DNA of 63,947 nt, the filler included, from Globobulimina sp. (lineage: Eukaryota): the NCBI GenBank assembly GCA_003354225.1. It is 23 parts of 23 records of this genome, joined end to end, with 100 filler letters (N's around TTAATTAATTAA, not from the genome) between each part and the next. Parts side by side here need not be neighbours in the genome. Positions count along the whole stretch, not along the records: positions 1 to 2,688 come from PIVH01005347.1; positions 2,789 to 5,475 come from PIVH01005348.1; positions 5,576 to 8,262 come from PIVH01005349.1; positions 8,363 to 11,048 come from PIVH01005350.1; positions 11,149 to 13,834 come from PIVH01005351.1; 18 more parts are not named here. One strand, 5' to 3'. Below, piece after piece: positions 1-11,263 of the stretch. The position numbers were made by a program, and so were the translations under genes. The notes under the pieces were generated by a model that worked only from the letters and a program-made list of their open reading frames with translations, had not been told where the DNA came from and searched no databases. How positions within the stretch are numbered: the stretch's first letter is position 1; every line of letters starts with the position of its first letter.

Positions 1-995
1 ATCTAATAAAATTTTGCCTTGAAAATTCTCTTTTTCATAAATAATAACTCGCGTATTCCTATCAATTGCAATTCCGTCAAATGTAGTTTTCACAGACTTT
101 GGGAATGCCTTTTTATTTTCAGGATATTCACCTTGACCCACATACTCACTGTAATCGTCTATTTCATATGCAACACTATTATGATTATGAACATATGTTC
201 CACCAACAACCAATCCTGTAAAATATGCACGGCATGATTCTCTCGGCGATGTGTTAAGTATTTTAAAAATTCCTGGTCCAGGCAATGTATCACTGTTATA
301 TATATTATTCATTTTGTTATGCTCACTCATTTTATTTAAATATTTATGTTGTAATGCTGTGGCTTTTGTATCATACAAAGCATTGTATGCATCACATTTT
401 GTGGCGGTATAAGTTGTGTGATCAACGTCTGAAATAAATGTCACATCACTCGAATCGACACCAATTGAGGACCGAATTGGATTGAAACACAATGCTCGAT
501 AATATACATTGACACTAAAGGTGTCAGTGCTAATATTGTCGTTGACTTGATCTGATTTGGTAAATGTTGCGTATCCACGATATGCTGATTCACCGTTAAA
601 GGTCAACTTATGCGATAATCCGGTTGGTGACAAAATTAACATTTCACCAAACGCTTTACCTTTCACAATGTTAGTAATCGGAGGAATTAATCGTGATTGG
701 AAGGCTCGTGTTGATGCCAAATTAATTGCTGCTTCAGTTTGTATTACATTGTTATGATCAACAGCAATATGAATAAATTGATCGTTTAACAAAGATCCAT
801 TCAAGTTTTTACATTCAATAATGTTGTGTGCAAATTCATGTTCTGTGGTAAATTGCTGACCATCAATTTGCATACTATTCCAATATGAAATCAATGCATC
901 AATCATAATTTTAATATATTTTTTTGTAATCGATATGAATCGCCAAATATCAGGAATGTATAATACCGCGGAAATATTTAAATGTTCAGTGTTTC
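1..995 (-). CDS. Hypothetical protein exon running off the window start; ends in a beta/gamma-crystallin-like motif
   Basis: Manual minus-strand translation is open for about 330 codons (QFIHIAVDHNNVIQTEAAINLASTRAFQ ... FDGIAIDRNTRVIIYEKENFQGKILLD); missing from the ORF track because it has no stop. Confidence 0.55.
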
Positions 996-1337
996 TACAA
1001 ACATTAATTTGTAGCCATATTATCAAAAATAAACGCAAAATACGATATATTGTTACGTAATAAAATAAAACATAAGTAAAATGTTCAAGACATAATACCA
1101 ATCCAATAATAAACCAAAAAATTAAATAATTTCTGTATAATCTTGTTTCAGCTCGTTGTAATACACACAATGTGTCATAGGATGGTACAGTAGTATCCAT
1201 AACAAGACACCGTCGAACTTCAATACATAAAACAAAGTACAATTCAATAACCAAAATGACCAGCTACACACTGCAGTGATTAGTGTTATTACTAGTGTCA
1301 TTAAGAAGAGTTTAGTGAGTAAACCGAAAAGAGGAAA

Positions 1338-2688
1338 GTGGAAAAAACATTGAAAACCATTAAATTAGTTCAGATGAACTTCAAATTCAAAATATTTACA
1401 GAAAATTCATCATCGTGTCATATCCCTTGTGGCGGCGATGGCGACGATATTGATGATGACACCGATGAAGATGACGATGATATCGATGATGATGACGATA
1501 AGTCACAATATGATGCAAACAGATCAATCATTGAAAACTGCAGTCATTTAAACAGAATAATTGAGAGCTTAAAATATTATGAAACATTGGATGTTAAACA
1601 TAATAAATCAAACAGAGAAAAATTAATTAAATTTGAAGCGTGTTATAAAAATATGATAAATGATTATATACATTTAATACAGCATCATATGCAATATTTA
1701 GAAGATATTCATGATTGCTTAATTGCTATGGATAAAAATTATATTTGCAATTTGAAAGAATGTGATTTGAGCATACGACATTATGAGAGGAGAAGATTAG
1801 AGACCAAAACCTATTCAATTATTGAAGAAAAACGAGACGAAGACGATGCTGTCATTAATTTCTGTGTCGATTTCTTTGATGGATTACACTTTTTATTGTA
1901 TCATTTAACCGATATTGGTTATAGGGTTAAAGAGGAAGACATTCAGAAGGAAATTAATAATGACACCAAAGATATTAAGAATGAGGGAAATGTTTTATGT
2001 TATGATCGAAGATCGGCAGCAATGTCAAGAATAATTAAAAAGAAAAAAAAACAACACAAACAATTTCAAGAACCAGAAAATGACAAATTTACGATTCAAG
2101 TTAAACCCACACATAACGATGACATTAACGGTATGTTTTTCAAACTCCGCTGCATTTTTTGTGTACATTATTATACTTATTTTTTGTTGCCATTTTTTGT
2201 TGAATTCTTACCTATGCATATACATTATACAGATATGCCATTCGTGGATACGTTGATTCAAGCGATGTCAGACACAAATCCACACATATTTGAAGATTGG
2301 ATGTTGGAGAAGGTGAGAGAAATGGTGGAAGATGATGACTATGATTCTGAATCTATCCAAATGGATATATTATATCCACACTATGATCATAAACAATCCA
2401 ATATTTACCAATTTCTTCTTGATTATACAGATTGTGACGAAGCAGTCAAACAATACAATGCTCTCAAACAATATATTTTGAATGCTCAAGGAATGTTTCT
2501 ATTGGTTTTTGTTTGATTATGCTCATTATATATATATTTAGTGTCGCTATCTTCATTTAGTATGGGACTTCCCTTCTTCTATTGGGAATATTATAAAACT
2601 GCAACAATTGCAGATTTAAATGAAACGGCTTGCAAATTTGGAGTTAATTATAATGATTTACAAGGATTTTCGCCGAGTGACTTGTATG
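1338..2688 (+). CDS. N-terminal part of an expanded ART-fold protein family member (spliced, 3' truncated)
   Basis: Motifs shared with 41783-44039: RIIESLKYY, DYIHLIQHH, C-x3-C-x4-RH, FDGLHFLLYH, YDSESIQMDI, FSMGLPFFYW; introns 2131-2232 and 2491-2541. Confidence 0.7.
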
Positions 2689-2788
2689 NNNNNNNNNNNN
2701 NNNNNNNNNNNNNNNNNNNNNNNNNNNNNNNNTTAATTAATTAANNNNNNNNNNNNNNNNNNNNNNNNNNNNNNNNNNNNNNNNNNNN
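2689..2788. other. Artificial contig spacer, first of 22; recurs about every 2785 nt up to 61166-61265
   Basis: Identical N44-TTAATTAATTAA-N44 block with stops in all six frames; contig lengths fall steadily from 2688 to 2682 nt, as in a size-sorted concatenation. Confidence 0.99.
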
Positions 2789-3174
2789 TATAAACGGTTT
2801 TCCTTCATCTTCTTCAGCGTCATCTATATTATTTGGCGTGTTTTTGTTTCTTTGAATGGATGCATTGTCAGATTCTGATTCTGTTTCATCATCGTCGTTG
2901 CAATCATCGTCATCGTCGTCATCGATAACAATTACTTCATGATATCGTAATGTATTTAAGATTTGTGTTTTATATTTATTGCACGTTTCACGCATTAATT
3001 GCAGTTGATCTGTTGCATTTATTTCAGGGTTGTTGCCTGCAATTTGTTCGCCAATGGATACAATGCTAGATATCATTTCTCCTAATTTCTCATCAATTTT
3101 TTTAATGTTAGCCATGATCAAGAAAACATGCAAAACTTTTTTTACTTTAATACTGAAAAGCAAATTAAGCAATC

Positions 3175-4864
3175 ATGGCAGTCATAGAAATCGTAGCTAT
3201 AACATACATATCAATACATACTGTAATATTTACCGCAACATTCTGCTTGATAGCACGAAGCAGTTTGCCAGAGGGCTCCGGTTTGTGTTCAAAAGCATTC
3301 TTCAACAAACTACGTCAAACGTTTACGCAACGACGCACATTGGCCGCGTTCAGCATATTACATTTTGTTGATGTTGGATTGGATTTTTCTGTGATGTTTG
3401 GTTGGTATTTTGAACAAAATGCATTCCGTAAAGAAATATCCTACAATGGCTCATTATTATTATTTATGATAATCTTGCATACAATTTCAAAAATAACTTC
3501 TTCATTATATATTTACGGCGTTACCAGAGCAATATTACCCACAATCTTACAATTCTTTGATCTCGACATATATTACGAAATGTATTTCGATCAGAATTGC
3601 ACCAAAATGCATATGGACATGAAAATTGAGCAACTCTACAGATCCTTTGCTGTCATGCAATCGTTTCCAATCAGCATAATGCAAACATATTTATTGGTAC
3701 ATACCATGCATTATTATACTATACATCCGTCCTCATCTAACACACATAACATATATAGGTTGCGTACCAAACCGTGGCTAAAGACCAGCTTCTGGACAAC
3801 AGTGACTTTAGTTACATCCCATGGACGTTTGCGTCATTATTAGCCTCACTTTTATTCATCCTCTCGCTCCAAATAAACCATGACGCCAAATTCTTAAACA
3901 TGAAGGACAAATATATGAATGTCGGTATGCCCAAATGGTTAATTCGTGTTTTGTTCAGAACGTTTGAATTGTTGTCACGTATATTGCTGTTGACTTACAT
4001 TTGGTTGTTGTACGGAGTGATAGCTCCGATTACAATATTGACCCTGGAGTGGATATTCCAAATATATAATCATTACAGGAAAGAGCGGTACGACAACTCC
4101 TCCGATCATTCCATTCGAATGTGGCGAAAACAAAATAAGTTCTTCCTATGGCCTGCAGTCATGGATGAAATCATTTCTTTTTGGAACTTTGATTGGAAAT
4201 TACCTGCTTCCAATCCACTAAAACAACGCACCTTTGATGTTGTCGATATTTTACAAGGATGGACTTTTGCGTCATTCATTTATGGCAATAAAACCATTCG
4301 CAGATTGACCAACGAATGTCCTCCAGTTTAGTATATACATTTTATTATGTTTTTACATGACAAAAATGATCGAACCTGTTTTCAGTGTGATTGTAAACTG
4401 CCAATGGATGAATATTGGACCACTGCTTTTGACCCTTTGCAGGCGAATATTAACATACAGATCGTGGACAAATCGCTAACTTTAGAGAATGATGCGTCTA
4501 TTACAGAGAAACGTGCATCGATATTAACGCCGAAGTGTTCCTCTTGCAACGCTTTGGTGGCGATAAAGTCGCATTATTTTCGGTGTCCCACCTTCTTACG
4601 ATCCGGCAGTATCGATGAGGCGACGGAGACGCAGAAAATCACCAAACATGGCCGCTATTTATGCATCGAGTGTGGTTATGCGCGCATGACCTATTTGCCG
4701 TTTTTATTTGTGTACTCTCGAAATATATTTACATGGATTTATATGGCATTGTTTACAGTATTTGCGAGCTTCTTGGATATAAAATGCAGTTTGTTGTGTA
4801 TTGATGGTGGCACTGCATATCATGAAAGCGGCTACAAATCGAGAATATTTTTGGTCGGCATGGC
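3175..4864 (+). CDS. Multi-pass membrane protein, XK-related-like, with Cys-rich insert
   Basis: Three ORFs join in frame through GT-AG introns 3697-3758 and 4326-4385; hydrophobic helices; VLFRTFELLSRILLL resembles the XK-family motif. Confidence 0.55.
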
Positions 4865-5344
4865 CTGTCATTTGTTGAGTCCGCTCTTGACCAAGGCCGT
4901 CGGCCTGAGTTAACCGGTGGTGGTCTAATCCGTAGTCTCGGCGGCTGGAGTGAGATAAAAAAAATGCGTATCGAGGGGCAGGATCGGATCAAGGGTGATC
5001 AGCGGATTCTCGGGGATGGTGATTTTGTTAATGCTGTCCTTTCCCTGACCGACGAAAAATACTCACGGCAGCAAGAGCTGGCAACACAGGGATATAATTT
5101 TGACCGGGTGGTTGAGAGAGTTGCCTCGATTTATAATATCAAGCCAGAAGATATACTGAAAAAAGGAAGGCAGAAACAGAGATCAGCTGCACGCAGTTTA
5201 TTATGCTTTTGGGCTGTGAGAGAATTGGGCTTGTCCTTGAAAGATGTTTCTGAGCGGCTTGGTATGAGTTCACCCGGAATAAGTTATTCCGTCCAAAAAG
5301 GTGAAAAGATAGCAGATGAACACAGCCTGCATCTTCTCGAATAG
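4865..5344 (+). mobile_element. Bacterial RAYT/IS200-like Y1 transposase, C-terminal fragment with HTH
   Basis: FVESALDQGRRPELTGGGLIRSLGGW ... DQRILGDGDFV ... ARSLLCFWAVRELG is typical of deltaproteobacterial RAYT-like transposases; abrupt GC rise. Confidence 0.8.
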
Positions 5345-5593
5345 AGTTTGTTACTTACTTAAGGGAGATCCTTCTCTTCCGTCCAACATATTTTTGAAAT
5401 ATCTTGATTCTTGAGCAAAGTTTTACTTGAAAAAGCAGAAGAGATTAATCATCGGGCTTTTCGTCTTCAGAAAGANNNNNNNNNNNNNNNNNNNNNNNNN
5501 NNNNNNNNNNNNNNNNNNNTTAATTAATTAANNNNNNNNNNNNNNNNNNNNNNNNNNNNNNNNNNNNNNNNNNNNTTCAAGGTTTTCATTTGC

Positions 5594-6355
5594 ATGGAAG
5601 TTGGTGCCATATTATTAATAATTTCTCATTTATTTTTATTCTGGTTTTGGACTATGAATTATTCGCAAGATCAAGTAACAAATATATCAATAGACTTTAA
5701 TGCAATGACAGCATATTCTCAATTATTGCTTTATTATGTTGCAGAGCAGTCGTGTTTAATCATGGTATTTATTGCAGCGGCTAAAATCTATCTGGATGAT
5801 ATCACTGATTTTTATAGATTTGAGTTTTTCAAATTAAATGGTGATACTTTTTTGGTCCAAGCATTGGATCAATACACAATATCAGGAAATGACGATACGT
5901 TTACTGACACATATTGTAAACTATTATATATCTATTTGGACGAATTAATTACGAGGAAAACATTGAAATTATGTATCAAAGATGAATGGTTTCTTTCTTT
6001 ATTAACTCAGTTCGTTTGTGGTGATACAGATATCAATGTATTGTGCCAAACAGAATTGTTGCAATTATTGAATGAATCCATGATGCAAAATAGTTCCGAT
6101 ATAAAACAGATTGACGTGAAAAGTCAATCAAATGTTGTAAATAACGAAGAAAATGCAGAAAATGATAATTTGATTGTGGTTCCAATGCAAAATGTAGATA
6201 CTGATCAAGAGAAAAGCAGCGGTTTATCGGACTTTGCAATGTATTTCACTCAAAGTGTTAACAATATACCATCCACTATGCAAAGTGCAAACGCAGCAGA
6301 AATAAAACAATTGATCATACACTACGTAAACTTTTGTTGTATGAATTCGAAATAG
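5594..6355 (+). CDS. Hypothetical membrane-associated protein (5' partial)
   Basis: 253-aa ORF with hydrophobic N-terminus. Confidence 0.5.
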   Translation: MEVGAILLIISHLFLFWFWTMNYSQDQVTNISIDFNAMTAYSQLLLYYVAEQSCLIMVFIAAAKIYLDDITDFYRFEFFKLNGDTFLVQALDQYTISGNDDTFTDTYCKLLYIYLDELITRKTLKLCIKDEWFLSLLTQFVCGDTDINVLCQTELLQLLNESMMQNSSDIKQIDVKSQSNVVNNEENAENDNLIVVPMQNVDTDQEKSSGLSDFAMYFTQSVNNIPSTMQSANAAEIKQLIIHYVNFCCMNSK

Positions 6356-6477
6356 TTTGAGGGCAGTATTTAAAATTTAATATATTTATTTTGTACTACA
6401 GATAAGTAGTAGAGATTTTTTAACATAAAACTTTTTGACTATTGGCTGACTATTTAAAGTAAATCCAGCTGTCAACA

Positions 6478-8022
6478 ATGGCAGAAACATATCATAAAAA
6501 TCGTACATTTCAACAAGAAATGAAATTCATTTACCATCAAAAAGAGAACACCAACCTCTTCACCATCGACAAAGGCTTTGTCCCAAACATGCGCGTTCCC
6601 GGTAAATTTTACGTAAACTCCTCATTGGAGAAGATCGTCTTTGACGAGTTGCGTGATCATTGCCGCCGTGGCGCATACGGTGGTTTTTTACCCGCCGTCA
6701 AACAAATCGCAAATGTGGCCGGCTTGCCCGGCATTGTCAAACATTCCATCGCTATGCCCGACGTCCATGCCGGTTATGGCTTTGCCATTGGCAACGTAGC
6801 CGCCTTTGATATGAGCGATCCATTGGCCGTCATCTCGCCCGGCGGCGTTGGCTTCGACATCAATTGCGGTGTACGCCTCATCCGTACCAATTTGATGTAC
6901 AAAGACATTGAAAACATCCAAGAGTCGCTGGCCCAAACTTTATTTGACCATATTCCCGTCGGCGTGGGCAGCAAAGGCATCATTCCCACCACCCCCAAAG
7001 ACTTGCAACAGGCGTTGGAAATGGGAATGGATTGGTCCATCCGCGAAGGCTATGCCTGGCCCGAAGACAAGGAACATTGCGAGGAATATGGTCGTATGCT
7101 GGGCGCCAACGCGTGCAAAGTCAGCAAACGCGCACACAAACGCGGCCTGCCACAGTTAGGCACGTTGGGCGCCGGCAACCATTACATCGAAATCCAGCGC
7201 GTAGCCGAAATCTATGACCGTTTCGCCGCTAAAAAAATGGGCATTTTCACCGAAAACCAAGTCTGTGTCATGATCCATAGTGGTTCGCGCGGCTTAGGAC
7301 ACCAAGTGGCGACTGACGCATTGGTGAAAATGGAGAAGGCGATGGCGAGGGACAGCATCCATGTAAATGACCGGCAGTTAGCTTGTGCGCGGATTAACAG
7401 CGAGGAGGGCATCGATTATATGCAATCCATGTCCGCTGCGGCCAATTTTGCCTTTGTGAACCGTACCAGTATGACCTTTCTGACGCGGCAGGCGTTTCAA
7501 AAGATATTCAAACCGTACACTGCGGACGAATTGGACATGCATATTATATATGATGTATCGCATAATATTGCCAAAGTGGAGCAGCATATCGTTGATGGCC
7601 GATTGATGAAGTTATTGGTGCATCGGAAGGGGTCGACGCGCGCCTTCCCGCCGCATCATCCATTGATACCGGTGGATTATCAGTTGATTGGGCAGCCGGT
7701 GCTGATTGGCGGGACAATGGGCACTTGTTCTTATGTGTTGACCGGGACTAAGACGGGGATGAAGGAAACGTTTGGCTCGACGTGTCATGGAGCGGGCAGA
7801 AGTATGTCGCGCAATAAGTCGAGAAAGGTGTTGGATTATAAAAATGTGTTGAAGAACTTGGAGAAGAATAATATTTCGATCCGGATCGCGTCGCCTAAGT
7901 TGGTGATGGAGGAGGCGCCGGAGAGCTATAAGGATGTGACTGCAGTGGTGGATACTTGTCACGCGGCCGGCATATCCAAGAAGTGTATAAAATTGGTGCC
8001 TTGCGCCGTGATTAAGGGATAG
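6478..8022 (+). CDS. RTCB: RNA-splicing ligase RtcB, eukaryotic type, intronless
   Basis: [93 protein letters not shown] is the eukaryotic form. Confidence 0.97.
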   Translation: MAETYHKNRTFQQEMKFIYHQKENTNLFTIDKGFVPNMRVPGKFYVNSSLEKIVFDELRDHCRRGAYGGFLPAVKQIANVAGLPGIVKHSIAMPDVHAGYGFAIGNVAAFDMSDPLAVISPGGVGFDINCGVRLIRTNLMYKDIENIQESLAQTLFDHIPVGVGSKGIIPTTPKDLQQALEMGMDWSIREGYAWPEDKEHCEEYGRMLGANACKVSKRAHKRGLPQLGTLGAGNHYIEIQRVAEIYDRFAAKKMGIFTENQVCVMIHSGSRGLGHQVATDALVKMEKAMARDSIHVNDRQLACARINSEEGIDYMQSMSAAANFAFVNRTSMTFLTRQAFQKIFKPYTADELDMHIIYDVSHNIAKVEQHIVDGRLMKLLVHRKGSTRAFPPHHPLIPVDYQLIGQPVLIGGTMGTCSYVLTGTKTGMKETFGSTCHGAGRSMSRNKSRKVLDYKNVLKNLEKNNISIRIASPKLVMEEAPESYKDVTAVVDTCHAAGISKKCIKLVPCAVIKG

Positions 8023-8637
8023 GTGGACGTACGGCGAGGAGAGGAGAGTGACACTTGTCAGTGGTGGTGGTTTTTTAGTTTTTAATATGTATATTGTATA
8101 CTTGTCATTTTACTTATTCAGATTGTGAGTGCAAGGATCCCTCGATAAAACATGTACATCGTACCAACAACAGTTCCAAATTCGTTTTTGACATTATTTG
8201 AATTTGCGAAGTGAGTTAGTTTTTTGAAGAGAGACTTAGAATAAAAACCATCAAAATCAAAANNNNNNNNNNNNNNNNNNNNNNNNNNNNNNNNNNNNNN
8301 NNNNNNTTAATTAATTAANNNNNNNNNNNNNNNNNNNNNNNNNNNNNNNNNNNNNNNNNNNNATTTCATTGGTTAGGAACTAATTCAATTGTAATTTACG
8401 TTGGAAGTGAAATAATGTCTGGATATTTTCCATTTGGATTTCGATATGGCAATCAACAAAATCATTACAAATTATTGTTATCAAATATAATTGGCGTAAC
8501 TTGTTGGATTTGTATTGCAGCATATTTATTTCATAAGAAAGTGCGTTATGCATTGTAAAAAATATTCGGATTTATTCGTATTTATTCGTAGTTTCCATCT
8601 GTTCGTCAAAAATCTTCCCGGCCTATTTCGTGTGTGC

Positions 8638-8801
8638 GTGCGAGGAGTATTCAAATACTTCCCCGTACTTGGGTTTAGAGGGATTAGTTTTTAGATTATC
8701 CTCGCACACCAGGGAGATGGTGATAACAATACATAGGATCTAAAACGTCTAAAACTAATCCCTCCGATCCAATCTGCAGGGAAAGTATTTAATACCTGCT
8801 C
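8638..8801 (+). repeat. Long imperfect inverted repeat, candidate RNA hairpin
   Basis: GAGGGATTAGTTTTTAGA (8678-8695) vs TCTAAAACTAATCCCTC (8748-8764); GTATTCAAATACTTCCC (8647-8663) vs GGGAAAGTATTTAATAC (8779-8795). Confidence 0.8.
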
Positions 8802-8987
8802 AATCGAAACTTGATACTTATAATAACTAATAATTTATACGGCATATCATATGCATTTATACACAACACACAGTTCAAAAAAAAATAATAAAAAAAGCGG
8901 AAATGACGACTGCATCACTTGTGATGTAGTCATCATTACATTTTCTATATAAATATAAATACATATTTGTTTATAATTAATTTATTA

Positions 8988-11048
8988 TTAATACATCAAA
9001 GAAGTCTCATTATTTGCATCTGCCTCAATCAATCCTTCATTTTGTTGTTGTAAATCAATATTATTTGTTGCTACATATTTTTGTATGTCAAGTTTAAGTT
9101 TGTTATTTGGAAAAACAATCATATAATCTGCATTTGCACCCGTCACTGGTGATGTTTTCTTAATTTTTAAGTAATTCTCAATTGCATGTTTATCATAGCA
9201 ATGACCATCAAATGCTATTACAGGATCTCGCATTATCTGTTTTGTAATTGGACATAAATATTCTTTTGGAATTTGCGCATTTTTATTATTTTGCTGTTGA
9301 TTATCATCCTTATCAGGACGGTTATATTTATTCTTTAATATTTCAATTTGTGATATCAAATGATTAACAACATCAAACTCATTCATTCCTAGAAACTCAA
9401 ATGTTAAATCAGTAAATTTTTGCAATGATTTACCTGTAATACTTCTCTCTTTTAATTGATTTTCTATCTTTTGCCAATCGATTTTATCTGTATTCATTTT
9501 TATTGTTTTATATTTAAACCAAATAATTATATCTTGAAACGACCATTGCCTCCATTTTGACTCAAATACTTGCCATAATTTATCAAAATTGATATTTATT
9601 TTATCGATATATTTTTTATTATTTTCCATAAACTCATTATATAATTTTATCACTGACACACATCTTTGCGATGATATTTTTAATTTTTCAACTTTTTTAT
9701 CCATTTCATTTTTAATATCAATAATATGTTGTAATTGTTGAAATAATTTATTTTCTTCTTGTATCATTTTATTACAGTGTTCAAACTCTGCCTCGATTTT
9801 ATTTTGTAGTTCGCTTCGTTGTTGTTTTAAAACTGCATACTGTTTGTTTTGATTGTCATGTTCTTTTATGTTTGATAACGTTTCAATTTCGCATTCTTTT
9901 ACTGATTTCTGAATATAAAAAAAGTGAACGGATATTTATGGAAAAACACTATGACGCTGAAAATGGATTATTGCCATATATACTTAACAGATAAATCATT
10001 TTGGCGATTGATTAATTGCAATAAGTATTCATTTGTTGTGACTTGATTCAAGCGATTTGATTGTTGGTTGATAATGGAATAACATTCTGAATATTTATTA
10101 AATAATTTAACACCAAAACAATCTGCTGCATTTTCTTTTTTTTCGTCATCATTTTGATTTGAGTCAATAAATGATTTATCATTATACAAAGAGATTTGTT
10201 GAAGCTGTGTTGAATTTTCATTCCATTCTTTAAGGATTTCACGATGTTTATTATATAATATTTGATCATTTTCATGTTCCGTGTTGTTTTGGATATAATT
10301 ATGTTTACGTGGCATAATTATTGGATGAAACGTAATTCTTTCATCAATTAATAATTTTTTAGGAATTCCAAATAATGTATCTATAAAACAACAAATAGAA
10401 ATTGTCTCATCTTTACAATCATCTTTATTGTCATCCTCATTCTTTGCAGGTGTATTCTCAAATTTTATCAATGTATCATTCGTTTTTGAATCATCTGCAT
10501 AATACGTAACATTACCTGCAACAGACACATTTAAATCATCGCAAATAATTCTTCTCGCAATTCCCATGCTCGAACTGTGCAATGGAAATTGAAGTAATTT
10601 TAAGTCAATTGAATTTTCAGTGGTCTTCATTTTCCATTTTAAATTATTTAGTTCAAAATCAATTTCATTTGCTTTCAATTCACTCCTCTTCATCTTCCAT
10701 TCTTTTCTGTTACTCTCAATATCACAGGTAATAGTAATTGAGTTTGCTTGCAATTGCTTTAATTGCGCCAAACTCCAAATAGTTTCGTCACGCTCCAAAT
10801 AGTTACATCCGTCAAAAGAAGCAGCAAATACGTGTACATAATTTAACTCTTCCAAAGATATTTTACACCAAACGTGCATACATTTTATATCATCATCTTC
10901 ATCATCATCATCATATTCATCATCCTATTCATCTTCATCATCGGCTTCGTGAATTAAAGTGGATGAATAACGGATATGGTCTCGGTCTTCGTCGTCATCA
11001 TCGCTCGCAGGGTTTTCATTGGAGCCTAGTGAGGGATGTCTATAATGA
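8988..11048 (-). CDS. U-box E3 ligase with coiled coil and SAM-like region; possible MATH-like N-terminus; one in-frame TAG
   Basis: IPKEYLCPITKQIMRDPVIAFDGHCYDKHAI ... TSPVTG is a U-box; intron 9909-9983 joins the two ORFs; TAG at 10925-10927 in an acidic tract. Confidence 0.8.
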
Positions 11049-11263
11049 NNNNNNNNNNNNNNNNNNNNNNNNNNNNNNNNNNNNNNNNNNNNTTAATTAA
11101 TTAANNNNNNNNNNNNNNNNNNNNNNNNNNNNNNNNNNNNNNNNNNNNTAAACAATTTTTCGTAAACCCTAAAAACCGTAATAATAAATAATGAGTTTTC
11201 GTAAACAATTATAAAAACACTTTGTTTCTAAAAAATATGCATTATTTAATATTATACAGAAAC

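Noticed and set aside
4329-4331. In-frame TAG readthrough in the XK-like gene
   Set aside because: Lies inside a 60-nt GT-AG intron (4326-4385)
6688-7962. Overlapping and antisense short ORFs in RTCB and other genes
   Set aside because: Shadow ORFs from codon bias; no recognisable motifs
6478-8022. RTCB as bacterial contamination or part of an RNA-repair operon
   Set aside because: Protein is the eukaryotic type; flanks are AT-rich host-like and no rtcA/rtcR is present
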